A DNA stretch of 64,000 bases, from contig NW_003314294.1 of the NCBI RefSeq assembly GCF_000143415.4, positions 909,442 through 973,441 of the forward strand. The letters are read 5' to 3'. Numbering within the stretch: the first letter of the stretch is position 1; the number at the start of each line of letters is the position of its first letter. The translations under genes were made by a program, and so were the position numbers. Origin of the DNA: Selaginella moellendorffii (taxonomy: Eukaryota; Plantae; Lycopodiophyta). This document shows positions 1 to 10,668 of this stretch, piece after piece. Below the pieces are notes generated by a model, which saw nothing but the letters and a program-made list of their open reading frames with translations, was not told where the DNA came from and did no database searches.

Positions 1-422
1 AGCCTCGAGCTTGGGGAGCTCATTCATGGGTGTTGGAGGTGCTGTTGACGAAGGCACCATCCCCGGCGTTGGCATGGCAATGCCGGTGGTCCAAGCTCCT
101 GACAGTGCTGCTGCTCGGATACCTGGTATTCCTTCACGACCGCCGATGGCAATGCACCATCCATTCCCTCCTCAACTACAAATGCAGCCTCCTCAAGACA
201 TGTATGGTCAGTTTGCGCCGCCACCTCCGCCACCTCTTCCTGGAGCTGCTCCTGTTCCTCCTGGCATCCCGGGCATCCCACGGCCAAGCTTTCGTCATTT
301 CCAGCAGCAAATGATCCCAGGACTTCCTGGATTCCAGGTGAAAACAAGCTTGACTTCTCGTTTGTTTTCTGGTATTAATCGATCGGTGGAATGTGGTTTT
401 GCAGCCGGGAGAGCCTAGCTAG
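1..422 (+). CDS. FY: 3' end of an FY/WDR33 (Pfs2)-like polyadenylation factor, Pro-rich C-terminus; 5' part lies outside the window
   Basis: The open frame reads DEGTIPGVGMAMP, matching my recollection of the plant FY post-WD40 motif EGTIPG(V/I)GxAMP. It is followed by a Pro/Gln-rich tail with PPPPPLPG. Predicted intron 338-404 (GTGAAA...TTTGCAG) and last exon PGEPS-stop ending at 422. Confidence 0.55.
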
Positions 423-1115
423 AGCAAGCACGAAGACTGGACTAGAAGAAACCGAGTTTCACATCCTTTTTGACAAAATTACCATATGTAAACTTTTGGA
501 TTAAGTTCCTTGTTCCTGATTCACGTTAAACTGGCTGTATTAGTTGATGATACAAGCTTAGAAGTCAAATATGCGTGTTTCACACCTTTCGTCTGAATTA
601 GATAAATTTTATATTTCCAGAAACATCAATTTAAACCTGATTTTTTGAGATTGAAAAGGTAGTGTGAAACTATCCACTTGTTGCCATTGTTGAACTTAAA
701 CATAAACTTTTCTGAAAAGACCGCGGAAATGCTTCTACAATGGAAACATCCTCCTAAAAGAGGAAAGAAAATAACTTGGTTTTACATTAGGCTTGCTTGA
801 ATTAGAGCGGAATCTCATATTAGATGCCAGTATATGCTAGAATATTCTAGCATCTACAATGAATATGCAAACCTAATTTTAGTTTGCCAACGGTTCTGTT
901 AAACTGAGGCTCCGGGATATACTCCGCCGACGTGGCCATTCCCCATTGTTCCACACCTTTCCCTCCGCGGAGGTTATTGAATTTTCACCGGGGTTTTCAG
1001 GGTTTGTGGCTATGGCGCTCCCAGATCCGGGCCGGCGGCTTGGCGCTTCGACTTCATGGTCGGATGACGAGGCAGTGTAGCTGATCGAGAGAATGTAGGC
1101 TAGGGATCGAGCAGG

Positions 1116-4100
1116 ATGGATGGGATTGAGTCTGTGTATGGGCGCGGCGCGCTCGGCAATCTCACAAATCGCAGCAGGCGTTCCAATGGAACAGCTGGGC
1201 CGAGCAGTCCATTGTCTCTCTCCCTGGATCCCTTTGTGTGGGAGAGCGGGTATGAGAACCGTGGAGGCGGGGCATGGGTTTCGAGGAATACTCCTCCATT
1301 CGACGAGGATTGCGAGGGCGTGTATGAGATGAATGGGGCAAGTCCGGCGATTTCACCGCGGGGAGGAAGCCCGAATGGTGGTGTCAAGAACATAATGCTT
1401 CTAGCCAAGGACAAGGAGGCTTTGCTGGAAGAAGCCATCAGGTTGAAGCGTGCTCTCCACGAGAAAAGGTTTTATCTCAGGCGAAACCGAGTTCATGCTA
1501 CCACGATTCAGATCGAAAACAGGTGTCTCGACTTTTGCTTTCCTCTTTGAGCTCAACAAAGAAATGCTTCGTTTCTAGTTTCACAGGAAGCTAGAGTTTG
1601 ATATCAAGGATATGGAAGCGCAGGGGTCGCCTCTAGACAGCGCCAGATCTCCTCGCGGAAGTAGCATACGCACTAAGCTGAAAGGTTAGTGTTCTTCGTT
1701 TTTGCTTCTCGCTGTCTACTTATTCCTTGGAGCGTTGTTTTGCAGGTTTAAGGATCAGATACGAAGATATGCGAAGTGCTTGTGATGCTCAGCACGAAGA
1801 AGTAGCGGCACTGCGCAGGGATGTACGCATTACCACCACCCAAGTAAGCAAACGTGTTGAGATCCATTTCTTCATGTTTGTCTTACTAGAGATTCTAGGC
1901 CCGTTGCTCTTGTTGTAGGAGATGGAAATGGAGAGAGATGCGTTGCTACATGAGATAACGAGAATGCAGAAGGACGTCAAGGGGCTGAAAGCAGTCCAGA
2001 ATGCTCTCAAGTGCGAGCATCAGGAGCTGTGTCAGATCAAGCACAAAGCTGACGAGCTGGCAGTTCTTAACTTCGAGCTAGAAAATTGCATGGATGTAAG
2101 GATTACATTTCACGATTGGTTTTGTGCCTCAGTATCTGCTTTGGCAGGGCGTGAACAAAGATCTCGAGAGAACAAACCAGGATGTGATCATTTTCCGGCA
2201 GAAAATGACCGAGTCGAGTATCGAGGCCAGAAAGAATGCAAAACAATTCAAGGAGCTGGAAGAACACACTGAAGCCTTGAAGAGGCTCCTTGCAGACGAA
2301 AGGTCCGAGCGACGGGGTCTAGACAAGGAGCTCGCAGGCTTGGAGCTGCAGCTTAAGAAGGCTGAGAAGGAGCTTACTGCGAAGGGACTCAAGAAGCCGG
2401 CTTCTCCGAAGCCGAAGCCGAAGCCCAGAGAGAAAATCTGGGAAGTGACAAGCCCTGGGAAAGGAGGAACTTCTCCGCGTTCACCTAGGAAAGATCAAGA
2501 CGGGAAGCTGGATACTCCGAAATCAAAAGGTGGCAAGCCCGGTGGAAAAGGTGGTGATGCTGCCGCTGCCGCTGCTGCTGCTGCTAGTGCAGCGTCATTC
2601 AAGGCAAAGAATACTTCTGCAAGGCTGTTTGGAGCTCTCTCTAAAACAGAACCAAGGCCGGGAGGTGCTGCGCTCGAGGACAGGGCCGGGGGAACGTTTA
2701 AGAAACAGGCATCCAAAGCTTCTGGCACTGACTCGAGGCAAACTAGTCCGGAATCGTTCAGGAAAAAGACCTTCAAGGAAGGCACTGCTGCTTTTGAGTC
2801 GCAGGAGACAATGCGTAAGAAGGCTGAAGCACTCCAACAAAAATCACTCAAGGAGGCTGAAGCACTCAAACAAAAATCACTCAAGGAGACTGAAGCACTC
2901 GAACAAAAATCACTCAAGGAGCCTGAAGTACTCAAACAAAAATCGCTCAAGGCCGTTGCACTCTCCAAAGCTTCCGAGAGGCCTCAAAGTACTGACGCGC
3001 TCAAGAAAGAAGCTTCCAAGGCTGCGAGGCCAAAGGCTGCCGAACCCACGAGTAGATCCACCAGTCCGAGTGCTACGCCAGGAAAAGCCGAGAAAGCTTC
3101 TGCGGGGAAATCCAAAGACAAGGCGGCTGACAAGAAGACGGAGCCGGGTCAAGGTGGCAAGCGCGGAGCAGGCTTGAAAGAGGAAACAAAAGGAACGAAA
3201 GACGAAGCAAAAGGAACGAAAGGAGATGTTTTGCAAGCGCAGAAGGAAAGACAGCGGCTGGAAACGGAGCTAGCTGCAAAGATGGAAAAACAGAAGCGGG
3301 AGATGGAGCTAGCGGCGAAGCAAAGAGAAATGGAGCTAGCTGCGAGGCTGGAGAAACAGCAAAAGGAAATGGAGCTCGCTGCAAAGCAACGGGAGATGGA
3401 GTTTCTGGCGAAGCAACGAGAGCTGGAAGCTGCTGCTGCTAAGCAGCGGGAAATGGAAGCTGTTGCCGCTGCTGCTGCTGCCAAGCAACGGGAAATGGAA
3501 CTGGCCGCCGCTGCTAAGCAACGAGAGATGGCGGAGCTAGCTGCAGCAAAAGGATTGAAGCTCAAAGCCGAGTCCAGGGACGAGGCATGCCAGACCTCCG
3601 AGACAGCGGACTCTTACGACGAGTTGATGCGAAAGATGCGTAAGCTGGAGGACGAGCTAGCCTCGCACAGGTCACGGGAAAGCTCTCCAGGGCCGTCTTC
3701 TACTCCGCCACCTTCGAGGGCATTCACGAAGAAACTCACCATCAAAGTCGATGACAAGCAGATGGATCGAAAGCTGACGAAGAAGGCGACGGTGAAGAAG
3801 CCGGATGTCGCTCCCGCCACTCCGGGTACTCCCAGGAAGAGCAAAGTGGCGTCGACTCCGGCAACTCCGAAAGAGCCAGAGCGAAAGCCCGAGCCGCCAA
3901 AGCCAGAGCCAAAGAAGCCGGAGCCAGTGCCAATAACAGTGCCAGTTCCAGAGCCAGAACCCGTCCGCAAGTATCCAGCGAGACAAATTCGTCGGCAAAT
4001 CCTCATGGCGGATCAAGACTTCGCCGAGGACACGAAGCAGATAACCGGCCCAGCGGATGCACCCAGGCCCAGGAGCGTCATGTTTGAGAGCTCGAGCTTC

Positions 4101-4163
4101 AACGTCTTGCTGGCGGAGCCCAGCACGGATCCTCTGATTGAAACGCAGGCACCGAACGAGTAG
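1116..4163 (+). CDS. Coiled-coil protein with an IQCE-like N-terminal region and a long Lys/Glu/Ala/Pro low-complexity C-terminal extension; 5 exons
   Basis: Exons 1116-1522, 1587-1684, 1746-1843, 1919-2095 and 2148-4163 are joined by GT-AG introns and give a continuous frame. The exon structure matches the paralog at 4254-5590. Confidence 0.8.
2809..2950 (+). repeat. Coding 33-bp tandem repeat, about 4 copies (KEAEALKQKSL)
   Basis: AAGGAG(G/A/C)CTGAAG(C/T)ACTCnAACAAAAATCACTC recurs with a 33-nt period. Confidence 0.85.
3240..3550 (+). repeat. Coding degenerate repeat KQREMELAA (charged single-alpha-helix-like)
   Basis: About 8 imperfect KQREMEL(A)n units in the translation. Confidence 0.75.
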
Positions 4164-4253
4164 AAACAAGAACCATCTACGTTCTTATATCGTCCTGGGA
4201 AGAAAAACTTGGGACAACGATCGAGCTAAAGGTGTCAGCTACCAACGAAGTTG

Positions 4254-5590
4254 TCATACTGTTCTAGCAGACCTCGGGCTGTTTGGTTTGGAACCGGCGA
4301 GTTTATCCGGACTTGGAGTTGCGGGGTACAAGCTGAGGCCTCTGGCGTTGAGCTTCTCCTCGACTGTGACAAGCTCCGCTTCCAGGCAAACGCGCTTCTC
4401 CTCCAGGCTTTTCTTTTCCAGCTTTTCTTTCTCCAGGCAATCCTTGGCCAGCGCGATCTGGTCCTCCAAATCCTTGTATCTCTTCGAGCTTCTCTTGGCG
4501 AGAAGGCTCGACTCTGTTAGCTTTTGTCTGTGAGCTACAATCTCGCGATTTGCCTTGTCCAAGGCTTTAAGAACAACCTGTGAAAGAAGATCTTAGGATT
4601 TTTGTTTTCTAGATCGTGAGCTTACCTCCATGCAGTTTTCTAGATGATAATTCAAGACTTCCATGTCGCCCGCTTTGTCCCTCATGCAGCACAGATCTTT
4701 GTTCTCGCAACAAAGCTGGCTGTGCACCAGCTTTAGCTTTTTCACATCCTTTTGGAGTTTCGCGATCTCCTCTACAAACACATCTTTTTCCATCTCTATT
4801 TCCTGTCCTCGACAAATTCACTTGTGCGTGTCAGCAAAAACCTTCACCTCTTACAAAAGCTTACTCTTTGGTGTGATATCCTTACGTCCCTTCTCAAGAG
4901 CGTGATCTCTTCGTGCTGGCTATCACAAATATTTTGCAGCTCCTCGAACTGTGACTTCATTCCTGGGAGGAAAAAAAATCCTCACATATAAGCCCAGAAA
5001 CTAAAGCAAAGAACGAAACAATCGAACCGTGCCTTGGAGCTTAAGCCTCACTCGAGACGATCCACTCGACTTTGTGCCCATGTTTCCTTGCATCTCCATG
5101 TCCTTGATATCGTTCTCGAGCTTCCTGCAGTTCTTTTTTGTGTTCCAAGTCAAGATCAACCAGCCCAATAGAGATGAGAAAGAGGAAAAATGGAAGAAAG
5201 AAAACAAAGAGCTCACTTGTTCTCGATTTGGACGGCAGAAGCGTGAACTTTGTCCCGCTTCAAATAGAAAGCCTGATCGATGAGCATTCTCTTCAACTGG
5301 ATGATCTCCTCGAGCAGCGATTCCTTGTCCCTGCTTGCGAACAGCAAATTCTGGAAGGAAGCGGGGCTCTGGCCCCTGGATTTCGATCCAATCAGCCCCT
5401 CAGTGATCTCTACAACCCCGTTCTCGTTGCAACCCGGTAGAGGCGGCGGCGTGGGAGGAATCCAAGTGCCTCCACCCAGTTCTGGATTTGGCGGATCCCA
5501 CACGAATGGATCCAGACCGTGAGACAGCGGCGTATCCTTTCGCGTCGGCCGCTTGCTAGGGATGGGCCGAGGAGCATAGGCGCTCTCCAT
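4254..5590 (-). CDS. Coiled-coil protein, short paralog of the 1116-4163 gene; 5 exons
   Basis: ATG at 5590 (MESAYAPR). Shares LDPFVW..GGG.W, DKE.LLEE.I.LKR.L, (E)MEKD.F..EI..LQKDVK.LK and LN..LENCM motifs and intron positions with the + strand gene. Stop at 4254-4256. Confidence 0.8.
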
Positions 5591-5747
5591 TCTCTGCTCC
5601 AAATCTTTCTTCTCCCTTTTAGTATTTCTAGCTGGAATTTCTACCTACAATCGCATGGCGCCTAAGGTACAGCAAGATTCCTTGTTGCCTGCGCTACCGC
5701 CTCTCGCTGACGCTCAAGAGCAAAGCCGCTTACCACGCTCGCCGGAT

Positions 5748-5917
5748 AAACCCTAACACCGATAACGTCCATGGGATTCCAATGGCAAAACGCTTGTGCG
5801 CCGTCGATCTAGCGAGCATATACCACTTCTTTAAACGACGGCCGTTGGAAAGAGCGGTAAAATTCGTTGCGCTTGATTTGGATTTGATCCCGCAACGTCT
5901 GGAGTTAGGGTTTAGGG
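5748..5917. promoter_or_regulatory. Telo-boxes in the divergent promoter upstream of the Arc1p-like gene
   Basis: AAACCCTAA at 5748-5756 and TTAGGGTTTAGGG at 5905-5917. Telo-boxes are established promoter elements of plant translation-related genes. Confidence 0.55.
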
Positions 5918-5925
5918 CACCAGCT

Positions 5926-7789
5926 ATGGGAGTTCCTAGAAGCGATGGCGATGGCGCCCGGACTCTCCAGCTCCTCCGGGCGCGAATGGGCGGCCAGGTT
6001 TGCGAAATTCACTCGTGCTGGATGAGCGATGAGTATTTTGTTTTGTAGAGCGTCGATGCAAAGGAAGTTGGATTTGTGTGTAATGCGGATGTAAGCTACA
6101 GCGAGGAGGAACAGCCTCAAGTGAGCGCTTACTCTTTTTTTTTTTCTTGTGATTAAGTCACAAGAAAGTCACAAGATTTCTTACAGTCTCGTGAATTGTT
6201 TTCTTCTCTCGGCAGGCTCTCGAGTGGCTAGCTTTTGCAGAGAAGTTCGTTTTGGAGAATGCGTCAGCTGACACGAATCTCAAGCTTCTCAACACATTCC
6301 TACAATCAAAATCGGTGTTTGTAGGGAATGGAACCCGGATCACTCTGGCGGATCTCGGCATGTTTGTGGCAATTCGCGAGAAAGTGGTGAGTTCTTCGAC
6401 TTTGGTTTTATCGGCTTGTTTTTGTAACACCTCGATAGGCCGCTATTCCAGTAGAGGACCAGGAGAATTTGCCAAACTTGTTTCGATGGTTCGACTACGT
6501 TCAGGTATGTTTAGTCTGTATGTTTGTCGAAGATCTTTTTCGCTGTTTCTACTTAGAACAAGGAAGATGTGCGTCAAGTCTACGCGCAAATCTACATTAA
6601 GAAGCCATATTTCTCTCCACCGGTATTTTGCGCTTTGTGCATTTGTGGCAGTCTAATCTACTGTATTTCTTGTAGAACTTTAGTGATCAGGATTCTAGTA
6701 AGTCATCCAAACCAAATGTCGACGGAAAGAGCATGGCGGAAACGGTAAGCAAGTGGCATTACTTTCTTATACTTAGATGTGACTATTATTGAAATTTCAA
6801 GAAGGATTCTCCTCAGCCTTTGCCTTCGCCTGCGCCGCCTCTACCTGCGCCAACGCCAGCAGTAAGCTACTGCCTACGCATCTTTTATTTATTTTTCTGT
6901 CCTTTACTCACTATTTGTATTTGCAGGCGGACAACAGTGTATCTACTGTGAGCTCTGTCAGCAAAAGCAAACCAGCGAAAGAAACGAAAGAGAAGCCTCC
7001 CGCACAAAAGAAAGAAGTCGACTGCGATGTCAGCGTGCTCGATATATGCGTCGGACAAATCAAGAAAGTGTGGAAGCATCCATCAGCTGATACGTAAGTG
7101 TGAGGCTTTGGGATGATTTGATCTAATGCTTTTTGATTTTCCAGTCTCTATGTGGAGGAAATTGACGTTGGAGAAGCACAACCGAGACAAATTGTCAGTG
7201 GTCTGGTCAAATACGTGCCTGAAAGTGAGATGCTGGTAAAAGATTGCGGCTAAAGCAAACACCAACGTTGCTGACATATTGATTCTTCAGAATAGAAGGG
7301 TGCTCGTCCTTCTAAACGTTAAAGCCGGGAAAGTTCGGGACGTTCTCTCGTCTGGCTTGGTAAGTTGTTGTTTTCTACGATCCAACAACAAACTAATGGA
7401 CTTACAGGTTCTTTGTGCGTCAAATGGAGACCACAGCCAATGTGAACCTGTGTCTCCTCCGGACGGCGTTCCTGTAGGTGAAAGAGTGAAATTCGCTGGG
7501 TAAGGAAATCATCGCACTCCCATCAATGCTTTGACGCTAACTGATCTTCCCTGTAGGCACGATGGGAAAGCAGAGGAAGTGTTGAATCCCAAGAAGAAAC
7601 AGTGGGACAAGATTGCTCCTGTAAGTTGATGAAAGACTTTCCATGTTTTGTTCACTCGAACGATGTAAACCGTGTGACTTGCAGGAACTTCGCACTGACG
7701 AGCAGGGCATTGCAAATTACCAAGGTGTTCCCTTCCAAACCTCTAAAGGACCATGCAAATCAGCAATCGTCAATGGATCAATCAAATGA
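5926..7789 (+). CDS. Arc1p/AIMP1(p43)-like aminoacyl-tRNA synthetase cofactor: GST-like N-terminal domain plus EMAPII/tRNA-binding OB fold; multi-exon
   Basis: The GST-C-like part reads [23 protein letters not shown] and [10 protein letters not shown]. The OB fold reads [71 protein letters not shown] and [18 protein letters not shown]-stop (TGA 7787-7789). There are many short GT-AG introns. The start codon (5926 or 5986) is uncertain. Confidence 0.85.
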
Positions 7790-7872
7790 GAACCAAAGGT
7801 GATCCATATTTCGTGAGGAAAAAATATTCTATATACTTTATAATGGATCAAACTCTTCAACTATAGATTGGT

Positions 7873-10410
7873 TTATCTGGGACCAGACGGCTGGTGTGCT
7901 ACCATGGCCACACTGACGCTACCGCCAAGATGGTTAGTCGAAGAGAACCGAAGAACTCCCGCAGAACTCAACGCAAACCGGAAGAAGAGAGGCGGCTCCA
8001 AAATCTCCTTTCGACCTTCGAGCATCTGGACGACTGTATCCATCGGGGGTCTTTGGCTGGGATTATCCTGGATGCACCACAGAGCTACCTGGAGCATACT
8101 TTTCACCTCGTCCTCGTCCACACTATCTCGGATCCTTGTATCCACGACTTTGAGAAACTCTCTCTTGGAGACTCGAGCTACGACCCAGGCCGGGAAGTAC
8201 CACCACAAAGCTTGTTCCTCCTCGTCCATTGGAGCTTCACGACAGTCTTCTCCACCATGGCCGCCAAGCTTGGACAAGTTCCTTCGTCCACCTATGAGCT
8301 CCAGCAGCACCATACCATAGCTGTAGACGTCGCATTTCTTCGTGGCTACCGAATGTAAGAGCCACTCCGGGGCGAGATATCCTGGAGTACCTCGAACATC
8401 AGTCACGGTCTGGCTTACATCCCGAGTCTTGAGCAGCTTCGCCATGCCGAAATCGGAGAGCTTGGGACGAAACTTATCGTCTAGAAGGACGTTCTCGGGC
8501 TTGATGTCGAGATGGATAATCAGCTGCCGCGATTCCTCGTGCAAGTAAGCCAGGCCTTGAGCTACTCCCAAGGCAATATCGCGGCGGCTCTGCCAGTCCA
8601 AGCATCGATCTTCGAACAGCCACTTATCCAAGGATCCATTCACCACGTACTCGTAGACGAGCATGAGCTGGTTCTTCTCGGAGCAAAAGCCATAGAGCTG
8701 GACAACGTTGTGGTGGCTTATCCGTCCCAGCGAGGCCATCTCCGCCAGAAATCCCCTGTCACTCTGGTTCCGGTTCTCCAGGCGCTTGACCGCCACCTTT
8801 CTCCCGTCCGCCAGAGTCCCTTCATAGACGGTTCCAAAGCCGCCTTTACCAAGGCTCGAAGCGAAGTTCCCAGTCGCCACCTCCAGCTCCTTGTATGTAT
8901 ACTTCTGAGCCGAGCCTTGCAGTGCCAGAGCCAAAGCACGCTCAACTTTGTCAAGCCTGTGCTTCCAGATCATCAGCACGACCAAGCCGAGAGCTGATAG
9001 CAGGACCACGCTCGCAGCAATGCTGACTCCAAGCAAAACGGTGCGATCCTTGGGCTTCTTCCGCACGAAAAGCTCTGCGTTTTGCAGCTTGAGGAAGCCA
9101 TCGAAGTTGGGATCCCTGGTGAGGCCTCCATACATCCGGTCGACGAAGAAACAGGTGCTCGACCGCTTGTTGAAGAAGAGTGCGCTGCAGGAGCAATTCG
9201 CTAGGCACAAGCTCCAGCACTCGCTCAAAGTGGAAACTCTGTCGGCCTTGGTGTAATTGTTGGAGAAGTAGCCTGCTCCACTCACGTTGAGAAAGTGGTG
9301 GTTCTCGGCCTCGACTTCGTGGTTGCAAACGAGAGGTATGCTGCTCGGACTTGGGCAAGTTTGCTCCTGATGGCCACTCTGGTCTTGGACTATACAGCTG
9401 CACTGAGCGTTCCCAGAGCAAACGCTGTTCGATTCGCATGCCATCGGGAGGCAACCTCCAAGTCTGTTCCTCATGAACGGCGGACCCTGTTCCCACGAAG
9501 CTCGTCCGGAGTTGTAGGTGTAAGGAACCAGCTTCCCATCGTTTTCGAGTTTGAGATACTGCCAGTCATCGCTGCTGTTCCCGAGTACTGCTGTGAGAGG
9601 AGCGCTGCAGAGCTGGGAAGGGTTGCTCGTCGATGGCTGGTACGATAGTCTCAGCTGGCCAGCGGAATACTCGAGCTCTGTGTGATAAGTCGGGCATGGT
9701 GCGTTGATGGAAGTCTCGTCCGCTGGCAAGTTTCCATTGTATAAGTTCCAAACCAAGTAAGGCTGTCTTGTGTCCCGGCTGAGAAAAAAGATGAGGCCGC
9801 TCGGCTCAACTTCCATCTTGATGTTCCCGCTAGCAAGACTTGATGAATTGGCGCTGCTGATAAGTCTCTGCTTAGTGACCATGACTTGTCCTTCTAAAAG
9901 GATATCTGTAGGATTGTCGAAGCTCTGCCAGGAGATCCCACCCGTGGAGTTGTAGAGGACAAAGTTCCCAGTGTCTCGAAGCTCCATCTCAGAAACTCCA
10001 CCAGGAGAACTCCATACAACCTTCCCATCCCAATCGGCAACTTCCAGAGCTCCCTGATCGGTCACACGAACGGTAGCATTTTCTGTCACAGGATTGTCCC
10101 GGTTTGCAGCCCAGACGCAGACGCCAGAGTTCGTGTTGTTGCTGGAGCCAAGAACCAAAGCAAAGTAGAACTCGGCCGAGTTGTGGAATCGAAAGAAAGC
10201 CAAGCCAAATCTTCCGCTCTGGCTCAGGAGGGGACTGTCACCTGCTTGGAGCAGCCGATAACTGGCATTGGACTGTGATCCTTGCAGTTCCAGAAGCTGA
10301 TTGTTGTTCGTTACTTCCCAGCCGTGTGATAGACTGTAGTTCCTGCCGTGCACACGAAAGAGAATTGTCATCAGCTGAAAGAAAGCGACCAAAAAAATCT
10401 TCATAGCCAT
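7873..10410 (-). CDS. G-type lectin S-receptor-like Ser/Thr kinase RLK1, copy A (SD2-type, intronless, non-RD), 845 aa
   Basis: Signal peptide; B-lectin (VWAANRDNPV, LRDTGNFVL, WQSFDNPTD); EGF-like Cys cluster; PAN (CWSLCLANCSC); TM; kinase GKGGFG, VAVK, HLDIKPEN, DFG, GTPGYLAPE. Confidence 0.95.
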   Translation of the reverse strand: MAMKIFLVAFFQLMTILFRVHGRNYSLSHGWEVTNNNQLLELQGSQSNASYRLLQAGDSPLLSQSGRFGLAFFRFHNSAEFYFALVLGSSNNTNSGVCVWAANRDNPVTENATVRVTDQGALEVADWDGKVVWSSPGGVSEMELRDTGNFVLYNSTGGISWQSFDNPTDILLEGQVMVTKQRLISSANSSSLASGNIKMEVEPSGLIFFLSRDTRQPYLVWNLYNGNLPADETSINAPCPTYHTELEYSAGQLRLSYQPSTSNPSQLCSAPLTAVLGNSSDDWQYLKLENDGKLVPYTYNSGRASWEQGPPFMRNRLGGCLPMACESNSVCSGNAQCSCIVQDQSGHQEQTCPSPSSIPLVCNHEVEAENHHFLNVSGAGYFSNNYTKADRVSTLSECWSLCLANCSCSALFFNKRSSTCFFVDRMYGGLTRDPNFDGFLKLQNAELFVRKKPKDRTVLLGVSIAASVVLLSALGLVVLMIWKHRLDKVERALALALQGSAQKYTYKELEVATGNFASSLGKGGFGTVYEGTLADGRKVAVKRLENRNQSDRGFLAEMASLGRISHHNVVQLYGFCSEKNQLMLVYEYVVNGSLDKWLFEDRCLDWQSRRDIALGVAQGLAYLHEESRQLIIHLDIKPENVLLDDKFRPKLSDFGMAKLLKTRDVSQTVTDVRGTPGYLAPEWLLHSVATKKCDVYSYGMVLLELIGGRRNLSKLGGHGGEDCREAPMDEEEQALWWYFPAWVVARVSKREFLKVVDTRIRDSVDEDEVKSMLQVALWCIQDNPSQRPPMDTVVQMLEGRKEILEPPLFFRFALSSAGVLRFSSTNHLGGSVSVAMVAHQPSGPR

Positions 10411-10668
10411 GAACCATGAAGCAGAATGCGCTAGCTATCTTTGTATCTATAGAACGGGAGCGGTCCATTCACTTGACTCATTCATATTCATACTTCTTCC
10501 ACTTATTCCAGTCTCGAGTACCAACTGTTACCAAAAGTTCGATTAGTCTTTGCTTGAACAGAAGTCTAGTCTCCATGGCTGCAGTCTAGTCTTCAAGACT
10601 TTTCCAAGTCTTGAAAGTAAGGACTTACCTCTCGTATAAGCAGGTGTTCTCAATGCAGAACGGCAGCA
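10411..10668. promoter_or_regulatory. Putative bidirectional promoter between RLK1 and RLK2 (also at 42282-42519 and 56861-57098)
   Basis: 258 bp between divergent ATGs. Contains a W-box TTGACT at about 10473, a perfect dyad TTCAAGACTT-ttcc-AAGTCTTGAA at 10592-10615, and TATA-like sequences near each end. Confidence 0.6.

Noticed and set aside
5926-7789. Methionyl- or tyrosyl-tRNA synthetase
   Set aside because: Only GST-like and EMAPII-like domains are present, with no HIGH/KMSKS catalytic core, so an Arc1p/AIMP1-type cofactor fits better.
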